Under the pieces are notes generated by a model, which was given only the letters and a program-made list of their open reading frames with translations, ran no database searches and was not told where the DNA came from. The translations under genes and the position numbers were made by a program. A stretch of DNA of 64,000 nt from Eledone cirrhosa (taxonomy: Eukaryota): assembly GCA_964016885.1 (NCBI GenBank), contig OZ024747.1, forward strand, positions 18,972,001 through 19,036,000. Reading direction: 5' to 3'. Of the stretch, positions 24,290 through 38,349 are shown one piece after another. The stretch's first letter is position 1, and the number at the start of each line of letters is the position of its first letter.

Positions 24290-24491
24290 AGAAAGAGAGA
24301 GAGAGAGAGAGACAAACAGACACAGAGAGAGTGAGAGTGAGAGAGAGAGTGATAGAGAGAGGAGAGAGAGAGACAAACAGACACAGAGAGAGAGGAAGAA
24401 AGAGAGAGAGAGTGAGAGTGAGAGAGAGAGAGAGTGATAGAGAGAGGAGAGAGAGGAGAGAGAGAGACAAACAGACACAGAGAGAGAGAGG

Positions 24492-24563
<72 letters not shown>

Positions 24564-24839
24564 GAGAAATCCCTGCGCGTGTATTGTTTTATAGAGGCTC
24601 CACTCGCTACTGAGAGTTTGTCTGACACCTCCACTCCATTGACAGAAATAATCTGTCCATCTGTCTCATCAAATATTTATTCGTTCCAAATTCCCCCTCA
24701 AGAATCTAACGAAGGGGTCTACACCTTTCTTTCTATAACCCTATCAACAGGAGATCACACGTGTATGTGTGTGCCTGTGTGTGTCTGTGTGTGTGTGTCT
24801 GTGTGAGTCTGTGTGTGTGTCTGTCTGAGTGTGTATGTC

Positions 24840-24893
<54 letters not shown>

Positions 24894-25790
24894 TGTGTGT
24901 GTGAGTCTGTGTGTGTGTGAGTCTGTGTGTGTGAGTATGTGTGTGTCTGTGTATGTGTGTGTCTGTGTCGGTGTCTGTGTGTTTGTGTGTTTGTGTGTGT
25001 GTGTGTGTCTGTGTCTCTGTGTGTGTGTGTCTGTCTGTGTGTGTGTGTGTGTGTATGTATGTGTGTGCCTGTGTGTGCGTCTGTGTGTGTGTGTGTGAAT
25101 AAGCTATCCAATATAATATAGATATGCACATATATGTATACATACATAGATACATACATACACACACACAGGCACACAGGGACATACATACTTATACGCA
25201 CATGCGCACACACATACATACATACATACTTACACACACATGTATAAATAATATTTGTTTCTACTTTTGGCACAAGGCCAGCAATTACCCAATGCATTAC
25301 TGGTACTTTATTCTATCGACCCCGGAAGCATGAAAAGCAAAGTTAAATATTGTTATACTTTTGGACAGTTATGTATGTATGTATGTATGTATGTATGTAT
25401 GTATGTGTGTATGTATGTATGTATGTATGTATGTATGTATGTATGTATGTGTGTATGTACGTACGTATGTATGCATGTATATATGTAGGCATGTATTATG
25501 TATGTATGTATGTATGTATATATGTACGTACGTATGTAGGCATGTATTATGTATTATGTATGTATGTATGTAAGTAAGTATGTATGTATGCATGTACGTA
25601 TGTATGCATGTATGTATGTATGCATGTATATTGGTATGTATATGTATGTATGTATGTATGTTTGTTTGTATGTCTATATGTATATATATGTATGTATGCC
25701 TATATGTATGTCTATATGAATGTATATATGTATGTCTATATGTATGTGTATATGAATGTATATATGTATGTCTATATGTATATATGTGTA
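24080..25790. repeat. cluster of (GA)n, (TG)n and (TATG)n compound microsatellites
   Basis: Direct inspection; includes short unique islands. Confidence 0.9.
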
Positions 25791-25965
25791 TTTATCTGTT
25801 ACTCTGATTACAATTAATGCCAGCCTAAACCAACGTTCGGTCTTCTATGCGATAATAATATTCCAGTGTGAAGATGTGTCGACACGAGGGACGAAAGATT
25901 GCTACTACCTGGTATCAGGTGGGATCTCAGAGTATAAATACTGACAGATAGAAGGGGAGGTGGGA

Positions 25966-26208
25966 GAGATAGGTTTAACATATTTATTTCGTTACACGTG
26001 CTGCATTCGTAGTACGGCTCAAGACCATTCACAGTTAAATAACAATTATGTGGTTTTAATAGGCAATGTTTGTACTCATTTGAGGAGCTCATGATCTAAG
26101 GAGTCGAATTCTATCGTTGTATAGCTGTTATGTAACTGTGAATGGTTTTGAGCCGGGCTATGAGTGAAACACGTGAAACGAAATAAACATGTTAAACTGA
26201 TATCCCTC
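25966..26208 (+). mobile_element. old, diverged fold-back element of the same architecture
   Basis: Imperfect ~85-bp arms 25966-26050 / 26121-26208; GAAA-CACGTG-(T)A-acg-aAATAAA. Confidence 0.5.
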
Positions 26209-26237
26209 GCTCTCTTTCTTTGGGATTATATACATCG

Positions 26238-26422
26238 GGGGATTGGCAGTATCGGTAGAGAGTCGGACACCATGCTTTGAAGCATAGAGTTACGTCCCTT
26301 TATGATCTGAGTTCAAACCCCGCCGAGGTTAACTTTGCCTTTCATCCTTACGGGGTCGATAAAATAAAGTACCAGTAATGCACTGGGTAATTGCTGGCCT
26401 TGTGCCAAAAGTAGAAACAATT
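26238..26422 (+). mobile_element. Deu/Nin-domain SINE with TSD attatatacat
   Basis: Same family; direct repeat at both flanks. Confidence 0.85.
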
Positions 26423-26440
26423 ATATACATACATACATAC

Positions 26441-26477
<37 letters not shown>

Positions 26478-26711
26478 GGTGGTGGCCAACTCGTTTTCGA
26501 GTACGGCCACTACTTTACATCCATGCAGGAGAACCCCTACCGATGCGCTGAACGAGTGTGACTTTTTAGTCCAGCCAGCGACTTGAAAACTCTGGTACAA
26601 ACGCTACACTTGTGACAATTATTGACACATAGTGCTGGGCCCATGGTACCATGTGATGACAAGTGCAGAGAGATCTCCAGATATAAAGCAATGCCTGTGC
26701 CGTGAAGCTTT

Positions 26712-26742
26712 TATATATACATACATACAAACATACAAACAA

Positions 26743-26815
<73 letters not shown>

Positions 26816-26816
26816 C

Positions 26817-26866
<50 letters not shown>

Positions 26867-26901
26867 CATACAAACATACATACATATATATATATATATA
26901 C

Positions 26902-26977
<76 letters not shown>

Positions 26978-26983
26978 TGTATG

Positions 26984-27053
<70 letters not shown>

Positions 27054-27058
27054 CATAC

Positions 27059-27115
<57 letters not shown>
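26712..27115. repeat. compound (TA)n/(TACA)n microsatellite
   Basis: Direct inspection. Confidence 0.95.
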
Positions 27116-27116
<1 letters not shown>

Positions 27117-27297
27117 TTAAATAAGACCGTTATTGCTCTAATCAGTCCACAAACACTCAAGAAACACGCTAAACCAAATACCAACCTGTTCTTCTGCCAA
27201 ATTAAACCGTTCTCCCCCTCCAAATTCGGCAAACGTAATCTGTCCGCAACAGCCACCAAATAGGGAAGACAGCTGTTATCAATCTGCAGTTGTCATA

Positions 27298-28115
27298 TAG
27301 ATATCACAGTAAACTTATGACGTACCCACTAGTAATACAAAAGACTGCTATATTCCACACATATCATAGAACACTTATGACGTACCCACTAGTAATACAA
27401 AAGACTGCTATATTCCACACATATCACAGTAAACTTATGACGTACCCACTAGTAATACAAAAGACTGCTATATTCCACACATATCATAGAACACTTATGA
27501 CGTACCCACTAGTAATACAAAAGATTGCTATATTCCACACATAAAAAAACTTATGACATACCCACTAGTGATACAACAAAGACTGCTATATTCCACACAT
27601 ATCATAGAAAACTTATGACGTAGCCACTAGTAATACAAAAAAGACTGCTATATTCCACACATATCATAGAACACTTATGACGTACCCACTAGTAATACAA
27701 AAGATTGCTATATTCCACACATAAAAAAACTTATGACATACCCACTAGTGATACAACAAAGACTGCTATATTCCACACATATCATAGAAAACTTATGACG
27801 TAGCCACTAGTAATACAAAAAAGACTGCTATATTCCACACATATCATAGAACACTTATGACGTACCCACTAGTAATACAAAAGATTGCTATATTCCACAC
27901 ATAAAAAAACTTATGACATACCCACTAGTGATACAACAAAGACTGCTATATTCCACACATATCATAGAAAACTTATGACATACCCACTAGTAATACAAAA
28001 AAGACTGCTATATTCCACACATATCATAGAAAACTTATGACGTACCCACTAGTAATACAAAAAACATTGTTATATTCTACACATATCACAGAAAACTTAT
28101 GACATACCCACTAGA
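27298..28115. repeat. ~60-bp minisatellite (~13 copies) with a 180-bp three-unit higher-order repeat
   Basis: Unit atatcatagaacacttatgacgtacccactagtaatacaaaagactgctatattccacac; blocks 27481-27660, 27661-27840 and 27841-28020 are near-identical. Confidence 0.95.
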
Positions 28116-28612
28116 AATCATAAACAACTGTGCTATGTCAGAAACTGTGAAACTATGAACGTGGCAGATGATCAAACTGATGGCAGACTTCTTCAGATTA
28201 ATGAAGAATGTGTCACTAAAATACCAACCTCATAAACGAAGGAAAAATATTCAGTCCATTATCTTTTGAAAGCAGTTATCTGGTTACATACAAAAAAGAC
28301 ATAGGTAGAATATATAGAATGTATAAAGGAGCCGAGAATAGATTTTAAAATATTCTAAAAACAATTATACAACTGGAATGTGCCTTATATTAAATTTAAA
28401 AAAAAATATTTTGAAATAGAATAGTTACCGCGAATAATTGTTTCTAATTTTGGCACAAGGCCAGCAATTTGGGGAAAAAGAGAAAGTCGAATATATCGAA
28501 ACCAGTATTTGACAGGTACTTAATTTCATCGGCCCAGAAATGATGATAGCCACCCATCTGTGAAACGTTCGTAACTAGGCCTAATTAATAAAAAAAAAAA
28601 ACATGAATATGT

Positions 28613-28648
<36 letters not shown>

Positions 28649-29362
28649 CTCTTGATTTGGCCAGAGATGAATATTTCCAGATACCTTTTAAGTGTAACTT
28701 TCCGTATTTATTATTACTATGAAATATTGATTGTTATTCTGGTATCATATCTCTGTTTTTAGCCTAAGAAAATACCTATATGCGTGTATAAATAATACAT
28801 GCATATATTTATTTTTTTTAAATCTAATTGAGTTCTTCACACGCAAGGTTAAAATTATTGAAAAAATTAATTGACCCGCGTGCATATTATTTTATTTTCT
28901 TGTGTTTCGCGATGACCTCCCCTTTCCGCTTGATGACAGTGTGAAATTTCTCATTCTGAGACTGCTGGAATTTCAAATTTGGCGGTCATTCTGATACGGA
29001 GAGGGACCATCGCTATTGGATATCGGTAAGAAAAGTTTTTTTTATATCGATGTTAGACGGGCATCCACTGATGATTTATAAGTGCCCACCTGCATATATT
29101 CCTACGGACTATGTGTAGGCTTCTACATAACCTGGACACATTTTTCCCAATTTGTAGAAAACTTATAATGAAACAATTGTTTGGAAAAGGAGATGTATTT
29201 TAATTATGTCTCATATAAAATAATACAACTGGCTATCCGCAAAATACATATAGTTAGCACCCCAAACGTAAAATTGTGATTATACTAAGGTATATCCTAA
29301 TGTTTGTTGAGTGAGATGGAAGCCAGTCACAGTAGAGCTTAAAGCTTTCTTTGTTAATGTGT

Positions 29363-29401
<39 letters not shown>

Positions 29402-29576
29402 GTGAACAACACAAAATATAACTACTCCATTACCAAAGGTTTCTGGATCACAGATGATAATAATATATACGTCTGGATCGGTCGTCAGATAGAGATGTTA
29501 TAGATAAAAGATATGAAATGAAATTTAAAATTTAAAGAGATTTTAAATTTCATTTCATATCATTTATCTATAACAT

Positions 29577-29646
29577 CTCTATCTGACGACCGATCCAGAC
29601 GTATATATTATTATCATCTGTGATCCAGAAACCTTTGGTAATGGAG
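29577..29646 (+). ncRNA. hammerhead-like motif (mirror copy on the minus strand at ~29425-29494)
   Basis: ctctat-CTGACGA-cc gatccaga..tctgtgatc ca-GAAA-cc ttt gg-TA-atggag; stem II closing pairs are mismatched. Confidence 0.55.
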
Positions 29647-29663
29647 TAGTTATATTTTGTGTT

Positions 29664-30434
29664 AAAATAATAAAATAATAATAATGAAATTATTGTGTAA
29701 AGTGCTCAGGTGCACTACAACTCGTCAAAGGTACATGTATAGTACATAGAATAATACACAAATGTCAGGGAAGTGAATAGTGTATGAGTCATGATATACA
29801 TGTGTGTATGAGTATGGAGGGGGAACATTAGGTGTAGTGTTGGCGAATCTCGGGAAGCATGGAGGCCTTAAAGGATGCAGTGTCTCGACAGCTAACAACC
29901 GATGCAGGTAGTTTGTTCCATGCTTCAGCAACTCTGAGCGTGAAAAAATGTTTCCGAAAGTCATGGGAACTGTGCTGTTTTCTGACTTTGTGGGCATGCC
30001 CACGTGTGTTAGACACATGGAAATCAAAAAGATACTCAGGGTTGTTGTTGGCAAGATGGTTAACAATTTTGTGGGCGTTTACCAAGTCAGTTGCCAGGCG
30101 TCGGAGCTTCAATGTATCCATGCCCAGGGAAGCAAGGCGCTCAGAGTATGGTAGATGCCTGATGGAGGGTATTCGCTTGGTTGCACGCCTCTGAACAGTT
30201 TCCAGGCGGTCAATGTTCTGAACAAGATAGGGGTTCCAGACTGGTGATGCAAATTCTAAGTGTGGCCGCACCAGAGCCATGTACAGCCTTAAATAGATAG
30301 TTGGAGAGCGGCTGACAAAGGTCTTGGTGAGTGATGCTAAGACACCCTCGGCCCTCTTGACAATTTCAGAGACGTGCTTCGTCCAACGCAAATCGCTGCT
30401 GACCGTAATGCCCAGGTCACGTTCACAAGAAGAC
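29664..30434 (-). mobile_element. 3' fragment of the same CR1-like LINE family
   Basis: ORF 29828..30391 is highly similar to the C-terminus of 57663..59183; same 3' UTR (tgtagtgcacctgagcac) and ATT-rich tail. Confidence 0.92.
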
Positions 30435-30534
30435 GTTGTTCACTTTCTAATTAAATAGCTCTGTTCTATACATAGAGCACTCTTTTTTCCTTTGGAATTA
30501 CGTAAAACATATTATATAAAACTTAGTTTTGTTC

Positions 30535-30604
<70 letters not shown>

Positions 30605-30629
30605 CTCCAAAATGGCTTGCTGATTACAC

Positions 30630-31080
30630 ACGTGTAAATTTGAAACGTGATTTCTTTCAAGCAGTTGTTCAGTCTGTTCTGTACAACATGGACTCTAATA
30701 AAGCATCTTGAAAAGAAAATTGATGGAATTTATACAAGAATACTTCGAGCTACTCTGGACATCTTCTGGAGACAAGACCCTACGAAAGAGCTTCTCCTCT
30801 CCATGGACATTTACCACCAATATCACACATTATCAGATAAAGAATAACAAGACTGGCTGAAAATTGCTGGAGATCAAAGGATGAGATCATCTGTGACGTT
30901 CTTCTTTGGGAACCAAAGCATGGGTAGACAAATGTTGGTAGAGCACATTGAACCTACATAAAGCAACTGCGTAAGGATTCCACAGACCTACCACAAGCAA
31001 TGAGAAACCGAATATATTGGAGAGAACGAGTCATGGCGATCCGTGCAATAAGCACGCCAGGATGGTGGTGGTGGTGGTAG

Positions 31081-31136
<56 letters not shown>

Positions 31137-31137
31137 T
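30630..31137 (+). mobile_element. degenerate RTE-clade LINE 3' fragment with (GAT)n tail
   Basis: Frameshifted peptides FFQAVVQSVL / WTLIKHLEKKIDGIYTRILRA / GHLPPIS / DVLLWEPKHG / WRERV, followed by (GAT)n. Confidence 0.75.
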
Positions 31138-32625
31138 ACTTTTTTTTATTTTATCTAGATTATTATATGTGTATCATAATGGCTCAATAGACTGACTTGA
31201 ACTACAAGAATATATTTTAAACAGACTTCGTGACAATTTGGAAACGAAATACACTTAGGAAATGACGTTCCCAAACCTTTAAGAACAAACACGACTAGGA
31301 AACAATATTATCTCATGGGAAAAAGGAGTAATTATATATATATACACACACGTACATGTATGTTTTATGTGTATATATATGTATGTACATATATATATAC
31401 ACACATATATATGTGTGCTTGTATTCGTGCGTGTATGTGTCTATATATATATATATATATATAAATGAAAAGTATAGAAATTATTGTAGCAAGAAGCCAA
31501 CAGTATTCCATAATATATAAGTGACTATAGCGTCACACAGGTATAAGTCATAGCGCACGTATGTTTCTGCGTGGTCAATATAATTCATAGGTTATATGAT
31601 GTGAGCTGCTTAAAAGGCAATCTCAGTCAGCCTGTCAGCTTGCCAGTCAGCCATCTTGCCAATCAGCCATCTTTCCAGTCAGCCATCTTGCCAATCAGCC
31701 ATCTTTTCAGTCAGCCATCCTGCCAGCCGGCTAACCAACAAAACAGCCGACTTTCATTCCTATATATCTCACCCACACCCCACTACTACACCCTGTTGCA
31801 GCTGGTTGCAGTGTATTGTGTGATGATGCATTAGTCACAGGCTCTCTGATGCATCACTGCTGTCTGTCAAGCTTCATGTAAACCGTTTGACCTGTACCAG
31901 CTTCAGGTGGTGACGGGGATTGTGGTAACGGTGGTGATAGTGATGGTGGTGTTGGCGGTGGCAATGGTGATTACTGGTGGTGGTAATGCTGGTGTTGCCG
32001 GAGACGGTGGTGGGTGAGTCGTGGTCATGGTGGTAATGGTGGTGTTGGTGGGAGTGTTGGCGGTGGTAGTGGTGGCGAATGAGTTGTGGTGATGGTGGTG
32101 GTGGAGGAGATGGTGGAGGTGGTTATGGTGGTGGTCATGGTTTTGGTGGTGGTTGTGGTGGTGATGATGGTTATGGTAGCTTTTGGTGGTGGTAGTGACT
32201 TCGTGTTCGAATCTCGTCGAGATAAACTTTACCTTTCAGCCTTCCAGGGTCGATAAAATAAAGTACCAGTCCAAGCTGGTGGATTCACAGAATCGCTAGA
32301 GCTCCAAACGAGATGTATTCCAGCTCTTGCGTTCCGTGTTCAAATCCTGCAGTGGCCTATGCGGGTGATAGACTTAATATGTCCCCTGGTTTTTACGCCA
32401 CTTCCTGACCCTTGGGTGTAAGCATTAGAACCAGGTACCCGGGTTTAAGGATACATACCTCTCTCTCTCACTCTCCAATCTCTGAGGCCCCCAAAATAGT
32501 AAACAATAAAAACAAAAGTTGAACAAATCTTCTAATTACTGATTCGCATCTGAAGCCATTCAATTTCACCTGGATTACAACAACAACAACAACAAAGACA
32601 GTAACAGGTACAACAACCACAATAA

Positions 32626-32793
32626 TAATTGTTTCTACTTTAGGCACAAGGTCAGCAATAACCCAGTGTATTACTGGTACTTTATTTTATCGACCCCGTA
32701 AGGATGAAAGGCAAAGTTAACCTCGGCATGGCAAGGGCCGTAACTCTATGCGTCAAAGCATGGCGTCCGACCCTCTACCGATACTGCCAATCC
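32626..32793 (-). mobile_element. Deu/Nin-domain SINE in an (AAC/AAT)n tract
   Basis: Same family, internal deletion of the B box; flanks caacaaccacaataataat. Confidence 0.85.
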
Positions 32794-33855
32794 AACAACC
32801 ACAATAATAATAACAACAATAACAGCAACAATAACAACAACCACAATAATAACAACAACAGCAACTGCAATAATAATAACAACAACAACGATAGCAACAA
32901 TAACGGGAACAATAACAACAATAACAGCAACAAAAATAACAGCAACAATAACAACAGCAACTACAATAATAACTGCAACAACGATAGCAACAATAATAAC
33001 AACAATGACAGGAACAACAATAATAGCAACAACAATAATAGCAGGAACAACAATAATAGCAGGAACAACAACAACAACAACAGCAACAACAATATCACAG
33101 AATGTAACTGTAATTCAAAGAGCCGGCTTAGTCACACACTTCGTTACACTGAATCTCCCTGAGAATTCTTTTAAGACTACATGTGTCTGTGGAATGCTCA
33201 GCCATTTACACATTTATTTCTGAGGCAAGCTGTTCCATTGATCGAACAACTTCGAACACACATCGTTCATTGCAACTAGACTACTCCTCGTCGAAACCGG
33301 TGGAGATCCATTGCACACTTCCAGTATTCAGAACTTCCATCTATTGTTTGTCTGCTTCAATTCCCAGGTTCAATATCAACCCATGTGTAAAATAGACCAT
33401 TATTTACTTTCAAAGTCAGGCAAGCAGAAACGATTGCATACACACACATATACACACATATACACACACACACATATATATATATATATATGAGTGTGCG
33501 TATATGTGTGTGTGTGTGTGTATGTATGTGTGTATGTGTGTATATATACATATATATATATAAAATAATTAATATAATTGTGTGTATATATATATATATA
33601 CACACACAATTATATTAATTATTTTATATATATATATATACACACACATACACACACACATACATACATACACAGATACACACACACACATACATACATA
33701 CACACACACATGCATACACACACAATAATGATGCAGCTGTATGATATGATTGATAAAATAAATTTTTTTCTTACATTAAGATTTATGATGGTTGCTGGTG
33801 GTAGTAGTAGTGGTGGTAATGGTGGTTTTGGTAGTGGTGAGTGGTGGTGGTGATG

Positions 33856-33907
<52 letters not shown>

Positions 33908-34201
33908 CAGCAGTAGTGAATAATGGTGGTAGAGGTGGTGGTTGTGATAATAATAGTAGTGGTGATGGCGATGGTGATGGTAGTTTTGGTAGTGGTGGTG
34001 GTAGTAGTAGTAATATTAATAGTAGTAGTGGCGGTGTTGGTGGTGAGTGATGACTGTAGTAGTAGTAGTAGTGAATGAGAGAATGGTTGTATATATGTTG
34101 AAATTGTTCAAGTGTGGTTGCTAACAACATCAGCCGTAGTATCTAGAGCAGGTGATATTAAAACTGTTTCCGAGAAAATATTATTGGAACTGTTGGATCT
34201 C

Positions 34202-35218
34202 TTAACCCTTTCCATACCAACACGCCTGAAACTACCCTTTATATGATACACAACTGCTCATTTAAAATGTATATACCGTATTTGCTGGTCTATTGGACGC
34301 CCCTTCATATAAGATGCTCCTTGGTTTTACAAGGACATTTTGACAACAACAACCAAAAAAAAAACCCAAAATAAATAAATACATTTCTTCATAAATTTAT
34401 TAAAAATTTTTTCATTGTTTTTTTTTTCAGAAACTCTTATATAAGTTCGACATCATTTTGCTTGTAATAATTGTATTGTATTACTGTATTACTAATACTA
34501 ATACAAAATAACATTTTTTAACCATGGTTGTCCTCACCTTCCGTTCGGCCACCCATCGGTGATACGGGTGTATGGGACGCAAGGAAGGTATTTTTTATAC
34601 ATGTGTCCAATAGGCCACCAAATACGGTATTTATATTAACATCTTCCATCATAATTTTACATTAGAAATGTTTTGTTAAGTAATGTTTCAAACATCAGTT
34701 CAATAACGTTTTCTTCTTTAGGCACTAGACCAGTAAATTGAAAGGAAGGGCAAAGTTGATTAAATCGACTCTACTGCGTCACTGGTACTTTATTTTATCG
34801 ACCCCCCATAAGGATGAACGGTAAAGCAAACCTCGGCGGGATTTGAACTCAGAACGTAAACGGCCGTATGGAACTCTATAATATAAAGTGTGTTGTCCGA
34901 CGCTCTACCGATAATGTCAAAATGGTTTCTTCTTTTAGGTAGCAGGCCAGTAATTTGGAGCGGTGAGGGGTCGCAATAACGTCTCCAATACTTTACTAGT
35001 ACTATATTTATCAACCTTGGAAGAATGGAAGTTAAAGTCAACCTCGGCAGGTTTCAGCCGCTTTGTCTTTAATCCTTTCGAAGTCGATAAAATAAAATAC
35101 CAGTAATGTACTGGTTGATATAATCGACTGTTTTATCATTAACTTCTCCATATTTTCAAAACTAAATGATACGCAGAGGCACAGTATTTCACTAGAAATA
35201 CGGTTACAAAAAGGTTGA
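34202..35218. mobile_element. piggyBac-type element with nested MITE and SINE pieces
   Basis: ttaacccttt ... tagaaatacggttacaaaaaggttga; same internal motifs as 5001-5430. Confidence 0.6.
34276..34627. mobile_element. Tc1/mariner (pogo-like) MITE nested in a piggyBac-type MITE
   Basis: ta|ccgtatttgctggtctattggac ... gtccaataggccaccaaatacgg|ta. Confidence 0.8.
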
Positions 35219-35497
35219 CACAAGGAAGTTTATGAAACACCATCGAAACACCTGCTTTAAATCAATGACACTATTAACAACAGCAAACAGTAGCAGTGAT
35301 AACAACAATAACAACACAGCAGCTGCGACTACAGTACTACAACCAACAACAACAATAATAATAGTGACAATAACAATAGTAACATCAGCAATGATAACAA
35401 CAGCAACAACATCAATAAAAACGGTAACACAATACAATAACAACACCAACAACAATGCTAGAAATAAAAATGTAGTCGTCACCTCAACTATTATTTC

Positions 35498-35682
35498 GGT
35501 GAATTGGCAGTATCTGTAGAGGGTTGGACTCCAGGCTTTCTAGCATAGTTACGTCCCTTTACGGTCTGAGTTCAAATCCCGTCGAGGTTAACTTTGCCTT
35601 TCATCCTTACGCGGTCGATAAAATAAAGTACCAGTAATGTACTGAGTAATTGCTGGCCTTCTGCCAAACGTAGAAACAATTA
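35498..35682 (+). mobile_element. Deu/Nin-domain SINE
   Basis: Same family. Confidence 0.85.
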
Positions 35683-36088
35683 TTTATAGTGGCTGTCTAT
35701 TGTTACAGCCATTTACGTATTTACGTTGGGACAATTGCATTTCAAATGTTCACAGTGGTTCTTAAGTCAACCAAACGTTTATATATATATTTATTAAAAT
35801 AACAGATTAAAGTTTAAGCAAAGAATCGCTGCTTTCACCCTTAACGGAATCTTCTGAAACTAAATATATTGTGATATCATAGTCTTCAAATTTTATTATT
35901 ATTACTATATATATATATATATATATTATATATATTTCTGCTTATACCCGCTTTGCTTATTTTCTACACATAACTCTCCTTAAATATTAACTCCACTATA
36001 TTTAACCTCGCATTTCTAAGCATTGAGCACGTTTCGCTTCGGCTAAAGGCATCTAATATATTATATCATAGTTCCTTCTCTATTCTTA

Positions 36089-36119
<31 letters not shown>

Positions 36120-36125
<6 letters not shown>

Positions 36126-36437
36126 AATAAAAAGAGAATCAGTGTTGCGACAAATGGAATTTATTGGACATATTACAATCGTTTCTCTGGCGACCAGCTC
36201 GAGGCACGATCGATGTGATGATCAAGCCTAACTCTGAAAATCGCAAGGTCTTCAGATACGTCTTGATTCTACGAAGCAAATCGTGCTGGTCGCCAGAGAA
36301 ACGATTGTAATATGTGCAATAAATTCCATTCGTCGCAACACTGATTCTCTTTATATTGTGATATCATACTCTGCTCTTCGAGAGCATCGAGTGCTCAAAC
36401 GGCCTACCGCATACGGCCGCTTTAAGCATCCAACACC

Positions 36438-36440
<3 letters not shown>
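36120..36440 (+). mobile_element. (TA)n-embedded fold-back element (~78-bp arms) with tail hairpin
   Basis: Arms 36120-36198 / 36285-36363; tail actctgctcttcgagagcatcgagtgctc resembles 16619-16647. Confidence 0.7.
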
Positions 36441-36497
<57 letters not shown>

Positions 36498-37833
36498 TCA
36501 GAGAAGTATTAAAATATATTAAACTTAAACATTCCTGCAAAATGAAATTTTGGCTTAAGTTTAATATATATATATAATGTGTTTGGGGTTGGAGTATTTG
36601 TGTGTATGTATGGACACATAACTCCTTCGACACGTTTCACCTGGCAGAGTTCACCCCCTTCCTAAGTCTAAACAACCGATTTCTTTCAAAAGAGAGAGGG
36701 TAAGTAAAAATGAGATATAGATGGAGAATCGACCCCAGTACTGGAAAGGTACTTTTTTTATCTACCACGAAAGGATAAGAGGCACAGCTGACCACGGTAG
36801 CTTTTAAATGCAGAGTAAAGAGAGCCGGAAAGAATACCACAAATCATTCTATCTGACGTTCTAACGACTACCAATTTGCCGTCTGTGTGTATTACGCAAC
36901 ACTAAATAATTTGGATATTTTAAACTATTTCAACTAAAAGGAAGATAACTCAAAACACAGATTAAACATACTTAGCTTCCCTTACTAAAACAACTTAAAT
37001 CTTGCATTTTTTTGTCTTTATGTATAAAAATAGATATCTTGAAGTACATTTCAAACTCATTTCTGTCCCCTTTACAACACATTTCATAAGCATCTCTATA
37101 TACAAAGTGAACATGCACTGGTTGAAGCATACATCTCGTACGCACTAACTTCCCCTCCACCTTTCCATACACCACCCACGTCCTAAAACCCTGCCTCTTA
37201 TCCATGTTCCTACACTCCTTGTGTATTATTGTTTTGACAAAAAAAAAAAAAGCAATAAAAACATGTAACTCCACACCCAACTCTATTTTCTGAATGTGAA
37301 CCACCTGTATAACTAAATTATTTGTTAAAGCAATACGATTGCATATTGTAGTTACCATATTCTTTTGCTTGCTATTTTGAAATTTATAATTTCAATGGAT
37401 TATAATTTTCTCTCTGACGTAGTCAAATATCATACTGTTTTCTTTCCTGTTTAAATTGGGCAGTTAGTAATTTATGCTTCTTGGAGATTCTTCTATCAAC
37501 AATTGAAGAGGAGTTAACCCTGCTTCATACAACAGAGTACAGAAAGCTCTTTTGTCTTGTCAACCTCTCTAGTGCTGGGACCACAATAAAATGTACCAAG
37601 TACATTTTGTCACGTTGTTAGTGTCAGGTAAGGCACCCAGCCACAGAATCAATGCTAAAATTGGAATGTTTGAGTGACCATAGACCTTTCTAGGCAATAA
37701 CTCTGAATAATAACTGACACAAACCATAATAACCCCTTAAACCCATGGTAGCAGGGAAAATGAATGAAAAATAATTATGACAATGATGATAATGATGAAT
37801 TTGAAATAATAAAAACTGTAATAGTACCTTCTA

Positions 37834-38022
37834 TAATTGTTTCTACTTTAGGCACAAGGCCAGCAATTACCCAGTGCATTACTGGTACTTTGTTTTATCG
37901 ACCCCGTAAGGATGAAAGGCAAAGTCAACGTCGGCGGGATTTGAACTCAGATTGTAAAGGGACGTAACTATGCTGTAAAGCATGGCGTCCGACCCTCTAC
38001 CGATACTGCCAATCCACCGCCC
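37834..38022 (-). mobile_element. Deu/Nin-domain SINE with 17-bp TSD
   Basis: atagtaccttctataat at 37821-37837 and 38026-38042. Confidence 0.9.
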
Positions 38023-38343
38023 TCTATAGTACCTTCTATAATGAGCATAGTTTAGTTCTCTCATCAGAAGACCTTATGGCGTATCTTTTTTGTAATCCTT
38101 TCTTTACTATATATCTAATGAAAGACCCAGCCTATTATTTTCAAAGCATATTGAAAATAATAAAAAAAAATTGAAGAGACATTTAGCTGGTTCTTAAATG
38201 AAATTAAAATGGAAGGGTTTTAAATAAATATAAATAGTTCTGTATCATAGACCCAGGAGAAGTTTCAGATTGTTTGATATCAAAAGGTTGTTTGGTATCT
38301 ATTGCTAAAAAAAATGTACAACTTGGCTTTGTAAAAAAAAAAG

Positions 38344-38349
38344 TTTATT
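38344..38349 (-). terminator. candidate polyadenylation signal (AATAAA) of the DCAF6 3' UTR
   Basis: AATAAA on the minus strand ~1.27 kb after the stop, ending an AT-rich UTR-like stretch and followed by a T-run; other AATAAA sites are possible. Confidence 0.4.

Larger units (their letters stand above)
29395..30500 (+). mobile_element. near-perfect palindromic fold-back element (~137-bp arms, 8-nt spacer) with hammerhead-like motif, interrupted by a LINE
   Basis: Left arm 29395-29531; right arm 29540-29663 plus 30435-30450; tail gctctgttctatacatagagcac. Confidence 0.75.
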
